Shown: piece by piece, positions 55,076-63,787 of the stretch
Numbering within the stretch: position 1 is the first letter of the stretch
Layout of the letters: every line of letters starts with the position of its first letter
Origin: an uncultured Gammaproteobacteria bacterium
Lineage (GTDB): Bacteria; Patescibacteriota; Microgenomatia; UBA12405
DNA length: 64,000 bases
Reading direction: 5' to 3'
NCBI GenBank assembly: GCA_964463925.1
Contig: CAYXDV010000002.1
Span: forward strand, 86,729 to 150,728
The notes under the pieces: model-generated
Told to the model about the DNA's origin: nothing
Database searches by the model: none
The model's input: the letters and a program-made list of their open reading frames with translations, nothing else
Translations under genes and position numbers: made by a program

Positions 55076-55163
55076 GGAGGGTTGGCCCAGTGGTTTAAGG
55101 CACTGGTTTCGAAAACCAGCGGGAGCAATTCCATCGCAGGTTCGAATCCTGCACCCTCCGCCA
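55076..55163 (+). tRNA. tRNA-Ser (anticodon CGA), class II, CCA encoded
   Basis: Acceptor GGAGGGT/ACCCTCC, anticodon stem CTGGT/ACCAG with loop TTCGAAA, long variable arm, T-arm GCAGG-TTCGAAT-CCTGC, discriminator G, and CCA. Confidence 0.85.
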
Positions 55164-55170
55164 TGAAAAT

Positions 55171-55626
55171 ATGACAGAGATTGTTCAACTCGAAAGATCA
55201 CAAAAACTAAGCGAAGACCTCATTAACTATGTAGAAGCAAAATGGCCAGAGGTTGTGAACGTGGTCGTGCCAGTTATCAAAGAGAGCCAAAGAGTTACTT
55301 CTGGACTACCATTTGTTTTTGTATTATTAAAAAATAAAAAAATTATTGGCTTTTACCAGATAATTAAACAAGAAATAGTTCTCAGAAAAGATATTTCGCC
55401 TTGGATATCACCAATATTTGTTGATGAACAAGAAAGAGGAAATTCTTATGGTAAATTAATGCTTAACCATGCCAGGAAGGTAATTGGAGATCTTGGATAT
55501 CAAACAGTTTATCTAGCTACTGATCATATTGGGTATTATGAAAAATACGGATTTCGAGAAATTGGACTAAGCAACTTTGAATGGGGAAGACCAACTAAAA
55601 TTTATAAGGCTGATGCGATTAAATAA
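55171..55626 (+). CDS. GNAT-family N-acetyltransferase
   Basis: 151 aa with the acetyl-CoA motif region (VDEQERGNSYGKLMLNHARKV) and YLATDHIGYYEKYGF. Confidence 0.65.
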   Translation: MTEIVQLERSQKLSEDLINYVEAKWPEVVNVVVPVIKESQRVTSGLPFVFVLLKNKKIIGFYQIIKQEIVLRKDISPWISPIFVDEQERGNSYGKLMLNHARKVIGDLGYQTVYLATDHIGYYEKYGFREIGLSNFEWGRPTKIYKADAIK

Positions 55627-55632
55627 TTATTG

Positions 55633-55665
55633 GGACAGAAAGGTTTCAGACCCATCCGCTCTGCC
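55633..55665. repeat. short relative of the AGAAAGGTTC intergenic motif
   Basis: GACAGAAAGGTTTCAGACCC...GCCAAAC. It shares GACAGAAAGGTT with 33011..33025 and AGGTTC...GCCAA with the 37-bp repeats. It sits ~55 nt upstream of the 55720 gene. Confidence 0.35.
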
Positions 55666-55719
55666 AAACTTCTCATATTTGCCTTTTTACACTTCGTCTG
55701 TAAAACTAGCAAATAGTTT

Positions 55720-56316
55720 ATGACGCAATATCTGGTGTTCGTTGGTGCAATTGTCCAACTAATTGGTATAGCCTCTTACATAAAAGACATAATCAAAGGC
55801 GATACCAAACCAAACAGAGTCACTTGGCTTTTATGGTCCATAGCTCCATTAATCGCAACTTTTGCCGCTATGTCAAATGGAGTAAAGTGGTCTGTCATTC
55901 CGGTTTTCATGACAGGCCTTGGACCACTATTAGTTCTATTTGTGTCTTTTGCAAACAAAAATTCCTATTGGAAATTAGAAAAACTTGACTATTTATGCGG
56001 TCTATTTTCTATTTTAGCCTTGGTGTTATGGGGGATTACTAAACAACCAAATATTGCCATTATCTTTTCCATTATAGGTGACGGTCTGGCAGCCATCCCA
56101 ACTTTAATTAAGTCTTGGAAACATCCAGAAACTGAAACAGTAGATGCTTATACAACTAGTCTATTTAACTCCCTAACCAGCTTTGCGGCAATAAAGATGT
56201 GGACCTTTGCAGAAATAGCTTTTCCTGTTTATTTGGTATTTGTAAACTCGGTATTAATTATTTCTATTTTGAGAAAAAAAATTTTCAAGTATGTACAAAG
56301 ATCTAATCACCTATAA
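55720..56316 (+). CDS. hypothetical membrane protein
   Basis: 198 aa with 6 predicted TMs. Confidence 0.5.
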   Translation: MTQYLVFVGAIVQLIGIASYIKDIIKGDTKPNRVTWLLWSIAPLIATFAAMSNGVKWSVIPVFMTGLGPLLVLFVSFANKNSYWKLEKLDYLCGLFSILALVLWGITKQPNIAIIFSIIGDGLAAIPTLIKSWKHPETETVDAYTTSLFNSLTSFAAIKMWTFAEIAFPVYLVFVNSVLIISILRKKIFKYVQRSNHL

Positions 56317-56614
56317 ATTAGCAGATGGGATAACCCAAAAACATTTACTAAAAATTGCAGAAAAAATTATTGAAACTTGGATGAGTAAACAAGCTGGTTT
56401 CATTGCCTGGGAAATTCATAAAAACAATGACGGCACTTATACCGATATAGTTTATTGGCAATCAAAAGAAGATGCCAAAAAGTCTGAATCCGATATGGTC
56501 AATATTCCCAACGCCAGTGCTTGGTATTCCTGCTACCAAGAAGGATCAATTTCTAGTAAGAACCTTAATCTAATTTGTACTTTTACCAATGACAACAGCT
56601 TGTCATCAAAATAA
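56291..56614 (+). CDS. hypothetical small protein
   Basis: 107-aa ORF that overlaps the previous gene's end. No motif recognised. Confidence 0.4.
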   Translation: MYKDLITYKLADGITQKHLLKIAEKIIETWMSKQAGFIAWEIHKNNDGTYTDIVYWQSKEDAKKSESDMVNIPNASAWYSCYQEGSISSKNLNLICTFTNDNSLSSK

Positions 56615-56714
56615 AAAAATCCTCGTTCAAATCTTAATCTAGCTACAAAGTTGAGTTTATAGAACATATAGTCCTTGCCATACTACGGCTATCAGAATTT
56701 ATTTAAAATCAAGC

Positions 56715-57260
56715 ATGAGTTGGCTTACAGGCAATCAAATTATCCAAGAAGTTAAAAACAATAAAATATCTATCACTCCGTTTTCTCAATCCCAAGTCAA
56801 TCCCAACAGTTATGACTATCGACTTGGCCCGGTTTTAAAACGACTAAAAACTAACAGTGTCCGTATGGGCCGTAGCTGTGTTGATCCCTGCCTAGAAACA
56901 GCTATTGAAGAACTTGTAATTCCCAAAACAGGGTTGTTATTAGAGCCAGGTCAAGCTTACCTTGGCCATACCGAAGAAATTTTTGGATCCAATTATTTTG
57001 CTAGTTTAGTTACTGGGAAAAGCTCAGTAGGACGTTTGTTTATCAATAACCACCACTGTGCCGGTTTAATCGATCAGGGATTTTTAGGTCCGATAACTTT
57101 AGAAATTACTTGTCAGTTACCAACTATTGTCTATGCAGGAATGCGTCTTGGTCAAATTTTCTGGTTTAAAACTATGGGCAAAGCCAAACTATATCATGGC
57201 AAATATCAAACCAATAATTATGCCCAAATTAGTAAAATTTTTTTGGATTTAAAACAATGA
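56715..57260 (+). CDS. dcd: dCTP deaminase (dUTPase-superfamily)
   Basis: MSWLTGNQIIQEV...ITPFSQSQVNPNSYDYRLG...LLLEPGQAYLGHTEE matches the Dcd pattern. Confidence 0.8.
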   Translation: MSWLTGNQIIQEVKNNKISITPFSQSQVNPNSYDYRLGPVLKRLKTNSVRMGRSCVDPCLETAIEELVIPKTGLLLEPGQAYLGHTEEIFGSNYFASLVTGKSSVGRLFINNHHCAGLIDQGFLGPITLEITCQLPTIVYAGMRLGQIFWFKTMGKAKLYHGKYQTNNYAQISKIFLDLKQ

Positions 57261-58009
57261 AACTATACGTTATCCCAGTCGGCGCTTACTGTAATGCCAA
57301 ATGTTTCTTTTGCGTGACCAAGCTGACCCCGCAACTTAAAATGGCTGAATTTTTGTCTCTGGATTATCTTTCTCAGTTGCAAACTTTTAAGTTTGAAAAA
57401 ATCGAAATAACTGGCGGTGGTGATCCTTTACTTCATCCCAAAATCAATCAAATTATTCATAAGCTATCCTCATTTGCCCCCACTCAACTTTATACCAATG
57501 GCCTAGCTTTAGAGAAACTTAGCTCAGCAAGTCTACGGCAGCTATGCAGATTATGTATTTCCAGATCTCATTATAATCCTGCTGTTAATTGCAAATTAAT
57601 GGGTGTTCTCATAAACAATGACGATTATCTCAAACAAATTAACACCCAGGTTAATTTAAAAATGTCTGCAGTTCTTTGCCATTCAGGACTCAACTCTGAA
57701 GCAGAAATCACTAACTACATTAAGTGGGCTATTTCCCTAGGTGCCAAAGAAGTGGTTTTTCGCAAACTTTTTGACATAAAATATTCTTCAAAATATAAGA
57801 ACGAAGCCAATGTAGATCTAAATCAGATCATATCTGATCTGAAAAAACACCATCGATTAGTTGCAAGCAGCCAGGAAAAAGTTAATTTTGTAATTCTGGG
57901 TTTGCCTGTAGAAATTGAGTTGAGAAGCTGTGCTTGTGAGCTAGTCAATCCTGTTTTAAGGCCCAATGGAAAACTTTATTCAGGCTGGGGACAACATGAA
58001 TTCCATTAA
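57257..58009 (+). CDS. radical SAM protein (paralog of 35473..36354), translationally coupled to dcd
   Basis: CNAKCFFC at residues 12-19 and ITGGGDPLLHP. The start overlaps the dcd stop (ATGA). There is a C-terminal CAC. Confidence 0.75.
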   Translation: MKLYVIPVGAYCNAKCFFCVTKLTPQLKMAEFLSLDYLSQLQTFKFEKIEITGGGDPLLHPKINQIIHKLSSFAPTQLYTNGLALEKLSSASLRQLCRLCISRSHYNPAVNCKLMGVLINNDDYLKQINTQVNLKMSAVLCHSGLNSEAEITNYIKWAISLGAKEVVFRKLFDIKYSSKYKNEANVDLNQIISDLKKHHRLVASSQEKVNFVILGLPVEIELRSCACELVNPVLRPNGKLYSGWGQHEFH

Positions 58010-58583
58010 TATCTGTTTTTTTGGCCCCTCAGGTTCTGGCAAATCTATTTGTGCCAAATTTTCCCTGAACTATTTTAAAAAGAAAAATCTTCGTGCCAAA
58101 CAACTGAATATTGCTAAACCTCTACATAATATTCAAAAGTATGCCTATTCCAAATTTTTTATAAATTGCCAAGGTCAAGATGGTATATTGCTTCAGTTTC
58201 TAGCCAAACATTTTGAACCAAACTTAGGACCCAGTTATCAAAAGCAGATCGTCAAACTACAAGCCAATTACCAAGGCCAAAATTTGATAATTATAAATAG
58301 CGACTGCCGCAATAACGCTTATATTTATCTTCAGCAGCTTAATTTTATTTTTATCAAAGTGTCAACCAAATTAGAAATTATTTCCAAGCGATTAGATAAA
58401 AGGGGGGACATTAGCTTAGCTAGCAAAAGTCATTGGGTAGAACAAACTAATCTTATTCAGCCAGATTTTGTTATACACAATAATGGCACCAAACATGATC
58501 TAAAATATAGCTTGGAAAAATTATTTGATTCCAATCTGCTCCGAATCTGTCCCCAGCTTAACACTGCCGCCGCTAGCAATTAA
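57996..58583 (+). CDS. P-loop NTPase, nucleotide/nucleoside-kinase-like
   Basis: Start MNSINICFFGPSGSGKS (Walker A) overlaps the radical SAM stop by 14 nt. It has a small-kinase fold size of 195 aa. The family is unresolved. Confidence 0.6.
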   Translation: MNSINICFFGPSGSGKSICAKFSLNYFKKKNLRAKQLNIAKPLHNIQKYAYSKFFINCQGQDGILLQFLAKHFEPNLGPSYQKQIVKLQANYQGQNLIIINSDCRNNAYIYLQQLNFIFIKVSTKLEIISKRLDKRGDISLASKSHWVEQTNLIQPDFVIHNNGTKHDLKYSLEKLFDSNLLRICPQLNTAAASN

Positions 58584-58609
58584 CTTTTTGACTTTGTATA
58601 CTGGTTACC

Positions 58610-59809
58610 ATGAGTAATGATAGTGCACCGGAAAAGGGACCAGATCTAGCTGTATATGAATGTCTCCCTAAAGATATTCTAGAAGCTTTTTTCAGTAGAG
58701 CAAGAGAATTTATGCACAAAGATCCTCGAAGTATTCTGTTTGAAGTTTTAAAAATATTTGATCCACCAAAGCCACAATTATCAAAAGAAGAATTAGACAA
58801 AAAGTATACTGATCTGCCCTCTGGAGAAACAGATATCCCCAAGCACAATCCAGAAGTTCTTAATAGAGCAAAGCCACTAGACGAATCAGACTGGAAAGCC
58901 AAAAACGAGCTCAGTTCCAATCCAGAGTACGTCGTTAATGGCATTCTTTATGAGCACCTAAACCCAAAATCATACATAGATTTAGAAACTTATCACCCAG
59001 ACCAAGCTCAAGATCATGCCGTGCTCCATATTTCTGGGCACAACGCTGCTGGGGATGGTATGACTAGTATTAGCAGAAAACTAATTAAACAGAGTTTAGA
59101 GGATAACGACAAATGGAAAAATGCTGTTCATCTTGAACTACTTATGCCAGGACAGGGATCTCCTCTACCTGATGGAGTTAGCGGTGAAGACTTATCTCTT
59201 GGCACTACTTACGAGCCTGCCTATATTCTCCAAACCCTGCGCCAGCTAAAAGTTCGTGGTATTACTTCGGTTGTAATTTGTGCCGAAAGCGCGGGTGGAC
59301 AAGCTGTTTTAAATGCCCTTGCGGCTGCCTGTTTAATAGATGATGGTTCAATGTTAGATGAGCTGCCTAGAATCGAAGGTATCTTTGGCAACGCCCCCTT
59401 AGTCAATCCATCAATTGGCCCCATGAACTATGTCAAGGGGCACACAGAACTTCTCAATCCAACAGAAATAGATGATTTTCTAATGGATAGATATGCAAAA
59501 TTTAACATACCAAGTTGTACAAGATTTACTCTTAAAGATAGAAACCGTGCAGTTGCCAATTTTCTGACCCAATTTTCTACCCATTTTCTGGCCTTTATGC
59601 ACAAAACAGATAATAGTCTTGACTCTCAACAAACCGAGCAAGCTTTCGACGCTATAAAAAACCTAGATTCCACCCTGGCAGATCTTATGACTTTTGAATT
59701 ACACGAGGCGCCAGCAAGCAGAAAAATAGTACATGTGCTTGATGTAGTTTTAAACCCAGCAGCCTATATGTTAAGAGTCCAGAAGTTCTTTACCCAACTT
59801 TCCAAATAA
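58610..59809 (+). CDS. hypothetical protein, possibly alpha/beta-hydrolase-like
   Basis: 399 aa. Candidate nucleophile elbow VVICAESAGGQAV. Weak evidence. Confidence 0.45.
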   Translation: MSNDSAPEKGPDLAVYECLPKDILEAFFSRAREFMHKDPRSILFEVLKIFDPPKPQLSKEELDKKYTDLPSGETDIPKHNPEVLNRAKPLDESDWKAKNELSSNPEYVVNGILYEHLNPKSYIDLETYHPDQAQDHAVLHISGHNAAGDGMTSISRKLIKQSLEDNDKWKNAVHLELLMPGQGSPLPDGVSGEDLSLGTTYEPAYILQTLRQLKVRGITSVVICAESAGGQAVLNALAAACLIDDGSMLDELPRIEGIFGNAPLVNPSIGPMNYVKGHTELLNPTEIDDFLMDRYAKFNIPSCTRFTLKDRNRAVANFLTQFSTHFLAFMHKTDNSLDSQQTEQAFDAIKNLDSTLADLMTFELHEAPASRKIVHVLDVVLNPAAYMLRVQKFFTQLSK

Positions 59810-59811
59810 TA

Positions 59812-60336
59812 TTGAAAGTTAACATAAACTATAAATCCTTCTTGCGACCCGGCAACGGGGCCACAGATATCACCCCCTTATTCGGGAACTCCCAAGCTTT
59901 TAATTCTCTAATCGACGAACTTTTTACTCTTTTTGCCAATTTAAAACCCGAAAAAATCGCTTGTATCGAGGGTAGAGGATTTCTGCTTGGTAGCGCTCTG
60001 GCTTACAAGTTCAAGGCCGGTCTTGTTCCCATTCGTACTTTAGGAAAATTAAAAAACAAAACGTATTCCCAAGCCTATACTGACTATTCCAACAAAGAAA
60101 AAACTCTACAGATCCACCAAGATGCTCTCATCAAAGGGGAAAAAGTCATTTTAATTGACGACTGGCTAGAAACAGGAGCCACGATTAAAGCTTCAATAAA
60201 TTTGTTAGAGTCATGCGGTGCCCAAGTTGTTGGTATTGCTGTCTTTATGGATGATTCCAATGCTAGCCTAAAAAAAGACCTGCAAAAGTATAACTATCGC
60301 TATTTACTGCAAATTAAACCCGAAGATAAATTTTAA
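59812..60336 (+). CDS. apt: adenine phosphoribosyltransferase
   Basis: PRTase type I motif VILIDDWLETGATIKA, IEGRGFLLGSALAYK and DITPLF. Confidence 0.8.
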   Translation: MKVNINYKSFLRPGNGATDITPLFGNSQAFNSLIDELFTLFANLKPEKIACIEGRGFLLGSALAYKFKAGLVPIRTLGKLKNKTYSQAYTDYSNKEKTLQIHQDALIKGEKVILIDDWLETGATIKASINLLESCGAQVVGIAVFMDDSNASLKKDLQKYNYRYLLQIKPEDKF

Positions 60337-60383
60337 GTCTAAACATTGACACAGCCATCTACTAAATCTTACAATCAATCATC

Positions 60384-60719
60384 ATGATTAACAAAAATTC
60401 CACAACTCCAGATCAGTCCAAAGAAATGTCTACAGATACGAAAACTATTATCACAATTTTGCTTTTAATTTTTATTTATCCAATTGGATTAATATTGATG
60501 TGGGTCTGGACTGGTTGGAAAACTTGGGTAAAAGTTTTGGTCTCTTTGCCAGTAATTTTAGTTGCCTGCATTCCTCTCTTTGTTGGCCTGTTGGCAGCAC
60601 TGAATCCGGGTCAAAGTATAAGAAAAGCTGAATGTGTAAGACAGTGTCAAAATTCAACTAATTCGCAATGTGTTTCATCCTGTCTAAACAACGGTCCAAC
60701 ATCTCCAGCCATAAAATAG
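60384..60719 (+). CDS. small membrane protein with a Cys-rich C-terminus
   Basis: 111 aa with two TMs, then ECVRQCQNSTNSQCVSSCLNN. Confidence 0.45.
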   Translation: MINKNSTTPDQSKEMSTDTKTIITILLLIFIYPIGLILMWVWTGWKTWVKVLVSLPVILVACIPLFVGLLAALNPGQSIRKAECVRQCQNSTNSQCVSSCLNNGPTSPAIK

Positions 60720-60752
60720 CTTTTATAAATTAGGTCTATGTTAAACTGATTT

Positions 60753-61145
60753 ATGGATCAGTTTTCCTGGTATTCGTCTTTAAATAAACCCTCTTGGGCC
60801 CCGCCACCTTGGTTATTCGGACCAGTCTGGAGCATACTTTACCTAATTATTTTTTATTCTTTTGGACAGGTTTTTTTGGCTTTCTTTCATAAAAAAATAA
60901 ATTTATTAGTAGTTCTACCTTTTTTTCTAAATCTAATTTTTAATCTAGCTTTTACGCCCATTCAATTTGGCCTAAAAAATAATTTACTCGCCGGTTTAGA
61001 TATCCTTTTGGTTCTTTTTAGCTTACTTTGGGCAATCTACCAGATTTATCCATACTCCCGATTACTCGCTTATCTGCAAATACCTTATTTACTTTGGGTT
61101 TCTTTTGCCACTTTTCTTCAGTTAAATATTATTTACCTAAACTAA
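60753..61145 (+). CDS. TspO/MBR-family (tryptophan-rich sensory) membrane protein, short form
   Basis: N-terminal LNKPSWAPPPWLFGPVWSILYLII is the TspO signature. Confidence 0.7.
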   Translation: MDQFSWYSSLNKPSWAPPPWLFGPVWSILYLIIFYSFGQVFLAFFHKKINLLVVLPFFLNLIFNLAFTPIQFGLKNNLLAGLDILLVLFSLLWAIYQIYPYSRLLAYLQIPYLLWVSFATFLQLNIIYLN

Positions 61146-61148
61146 AAA

Positions 61149-61733
61149 TTGGCTGGTTCTAAAATTCAACAAATAGAATTCTCCAGTGTACTTTTCGACA
61201 CCTTATTTGGCTTGGTCCTTTTCTACAGCATGGATTCCTTTTTGGAAATAAAAGATCCTCTGCATTTTTTATTTTACTTATTCAGTGTAGTCATCTTGGT
61301 TCACTGGTGGTTAATTTATAAGTCAGTAGACGATGCTTTTGGAGAAGAAGTGGCTAACTCGGGTCTAGATTTGATAATAGGTATTATTCAAATAATATTT
61401 ATAGAGTATATAGCCCTAACCTCTCGCGATTTCAGCTATTTACAAACCACCTGGTTTGTTGTTTGTCTATTGGCTTCGGATCTTCTTTGGACTGCAATTT
61501 GGCGTTTTGTGGGTCGTTGGCACACTCATCACCCCTCAAAAGTAAAAGTTATGGAAAGTGAGCTAAAAAACAATTTTTTGACCACCATTCCGGTCTTAAT
61601 AATTTTTTTACTGCTAATTGTCTGCCATAGTCTACTGTCGAATCAGATTTATGTTTTTTGTTACATTGCCTCTTATATCTTATTTATTGTTTTAACCCTT
61701 AAATTAAAAATTATTGATGTTAGTCTGTTCTAA
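61149..61733 (+). CDS. hypothetical membrane protein
   Basis: 194 aa with 5-6 TMs. Confidence 0.5.
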   Translation: MAGSKIQQIEFSSVLFDTLFGLVLFYSMDSFLEIKDPLHFLFYLFSVVILVHWWLIYKSVDDAFGEEVANSGLDLIIGIIQIIFIEYIALTSRDFSYLQTTWFVVCLLASDLLWTAIWRFVGRWHTHHPSKVKVMESELKNNFLTTIPVLIIFLLLIVCHSLLSNQIYVFCYIASYILFIVLTLKLKIIDVSLF

Positions 61734-61756
61734 TTATAAATTTATACAAATCATCT

Positions 61757-62152
61757 ATGTTTCTAAAACTATATTTTCTATCCCTTCCTTTATTTTTAGG
61801 CCTAGATTTTGCCTGGCTAACCTTTGTGGCCAGGAAATTTTATGCTGACAATCTGGGCTCACTCATGAAACCGACCCCAAATCTGCCAGCAGCCATTATT
61901 TTTTATCTAATTTATTTAGCTGGTTTCGTCTACTTTGTCATGCTTCCCAACTTTTCATCCAAAAATTTATTAACCACAGTTTTATCCGGAGCTGCTTTTG
62001 GTTTTATTGCCTATGCTACTTATGATTTAACCAATCTAGCCACTCTAAAAAATTGGCCTCTATCGGTGACTATTGTTGACATTCTTTGGGGTGCCTTCGC
62101 TTCTGGTCTAACTAGCGCAATAGTTTTCTCATTAATCCAAAAAATTAAATAA
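61757..62152 (+). CDS. DUF2177-like small membrane protein
   Basis: 131 aa. The pattern LGLDFAWLTFVARKFY with 4 TMs is recalled for DUF2177. Confidence 0.5.
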   Translation: MFLKLYFLSLPLFLGLDFAWLTFVARKFYADNLGSLMKPTPNLPAAIIFYLIYLAGFVYFVMLPNFSSKNLLTTVLSGAAFGFIAYATYDLTNLATLKNWPLSVTIVDILWGAFASGLTSAIVFSLIQKIK

Positions 62153-62658
62153 TGCAGCCAGTCCCAATTTTCGATTTGTCCTGTTTGGACGAACTATATG
62201 GGAAGAAAGTTCTTTTTCACGGAAGTCAAAAATTTAACGACATCTTGAAGCCACAGAAGCCAATTTGTGGTGAACAACAGTTAAATAAAAGAGGGGTCTA
62301 TGCTACAGACCAAATACAAATTGCCCTTTTTAAAGCAATCTTAAAAAAGAAACATGCAATTCCTTCAGTGCCTTTGATATATTCTTGGTACCTAAATAAA
62401 GGCACGTGGAAATTCGGAGTTAATCTAGAATATTTAAACCAAGTACCTTTTTATAATGGGTTTTTGTATGTCCTAAGCCCAAGCAATTTTAAACCACTTC
62501 CCTTTCCAAACGAATGGGTTTCGACTTTAAATGAACTTCCATTCAAAACATACCAAGTCAAGCCGGAAACAGTGTTACCATTGTTAAATATCCAAGCACT
62601 ACCAAATAAATATCTATCGATCATCTATTCAAATTTAAAATCAACTATCGCCATTTAA
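62152..62658 (+). CDS. hypothetical protein
   Basis: 168-aa ORF with start/stop overlap (TAATG) with the previous gene. Confidence 0.5.
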   Translation: MQPVPIFDLSCLDELYGKKVLFHGSQKFNDILKPQKPICGEQQLNKRGVYATDQIQIALFKAILKKKHAIPSVPLIYSWYLNKGTWKFGVNLEYLNQVPFYNGFLYVLSPSNFKPLPFPNEWVSTLNELPFKTYQVKPETVLPLLNIQALPNKYLSIIYSNLKSTIAI

Positions 62659-63168
62659 ATGCTCACAAAAACACTAATTTCTGTCTCTGATCTAATGCAG
62701 GCTGATTACTCCTATATTTTGTCGCAGCCAACAGGTAAAAACTTTTCTCCAGACTTTAAGCCAGAACTGACTCCGCAACAAATGCTCGAGCTAGGAGTTT
62801 TTGGTGGTAAATATATGACCGATTGTAAGGATGAATTTCCTTCTTCTTGGTTTAAAAAAGCCAAATTTTGTCATGACTATCACAATCCAAAACTTAACTT
62901 TTTCCAAACAAATGCTAGTCAGCCTTTATCAGTTTGGCGGCAAAAAGGCTGGATTCACCCCGATGATCCTCGTGGCTGGTTTCAATGGTATTGTCGCTAT
63001 TATCTAGGACGTCGACATCCAGATGATCATCGTCAAATCCGTCGTTGGCAAGCCATGAAACGGCATTTGTTCCAACTGGCCTTACATTGTCCTAATCTAA
63101 ACCTTTCCTGTCGCCGCAAACAACGTCAGGCGTTGTTACATTGGGCCTATGATACTCGTAAATACTAA
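62659..63168 (+). CDS. hypothetical protein (Trp/Arg/His-rich C-terminus)
   Basis: 169-aa ORF. C-terminus is GWIHPDDPRGWFQWYCRYYLGRRHPDDHRQIRRWQAMKRH. The family is not recognised. Confidence 0.5.
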   Translation: MLTKTLISVSDLMQADYSYILSQPTGKNFSPDFKPELTPQQMLELGVFGGKYMTDCKDEFPSSWFKKAKFCHDYHNPKLNFFQTNASQPLSVWRQKGWIHPDDPRGWFQWYCRYYLGRRHPDDHRQIRRWQAMKRHLFQLALHCPNLNLSCRRKQRQALLHWAYDTRKY

Positions 63169-63171
63169 TAT

Positions 63172-63780
63172 ATGACACGCAAAATACTAATTTTAATCAT
63201 CGTTCTTCTACCACTACCTTATATTTTTTTTAAAATTAGGCTGCATTTTTCTTCTATAAACCAAAATCCACCTCTGGCACTTGTTTTTGGAGCCGGTATC
63301 TTGCCAAATCATCAACCTTCTTTGGTTCTCCAGTCAAGATTAGATATGGCCCTGAATCTATATAAGGATAAAAAGATCAAGGCAATTTTAGTCTCTGGAG
63401 ATAATAGGGTAGAAGATTACAACGAACCTGATGTCATGGGAGATTATTTGGTCGCCAAAGGTGTTCCTAGTCAAAACGTAATTAGGGATTATGGTGGTAG
63501 ACGAACAGTCGACTCTTGTTGGCGTGCCCGTCACGTTTTTAATGCCAAAAGTGTTTACTTGATAACTCAAGCCTTTCATTTGCCAAGGGCTAACTTTTTA
63601 TGCGAACAAGAGGGGTTGTTGACCCAAATAGTCGTTGCTCCAACGCCAACCAAGTCTCTTTGGTTTTACCAAGAGGCTAGGGAAATTCTAGCCTCTTGGC
63701 GCTCGCTTCTTGAGCTTTATAACTATCAGCCACCCATCAGGTCCAATGGCACAGAACCAGACTTGGGAGTCTTTAATTGA
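63172..63780 (+). CDS. SanA/YdcF (DUF218) family protein
   Basis: N-terminal TM, then ALVFGAGILPNHQPSLVLQSRLDMALNLYKDKKIKAILVSGDN...YNEPDVMGDYLVAKGVP...DYGGRRTVDSCWRA...YLITQAFHLPRANFL, a close match to the SanA pattern. Confidence 0.75.
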   Translation: MTRKILILIIVLLPLPYIFFKIRLHFSSINQNPPLALVFGAGILPNHQPSLVLQSRLDMALNLYKDKKIKAILVSGDNRVEDYNEPDVMGDYLVAKGVPSQNVIRDYGGRRTVDSCWRARHVFNAKSVYLITQAFHLPRANFLCEQEGLLTQIVVAPTPTKSLWFYQEAREILASWRSLLELYNYQPPIRSNGTEPDLGVFN

Positions 63781-63787
63781 CAGAATC

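Noticed and set aside
54959-55201. Two overlapping minus-strand ORFs (80 and 61 aa)
   Set aside because: They coincide exactly with tRNA-Arg and tRNA-Ser genes on the plus strand. The translation reflects the tRNA sequence, not a protein.
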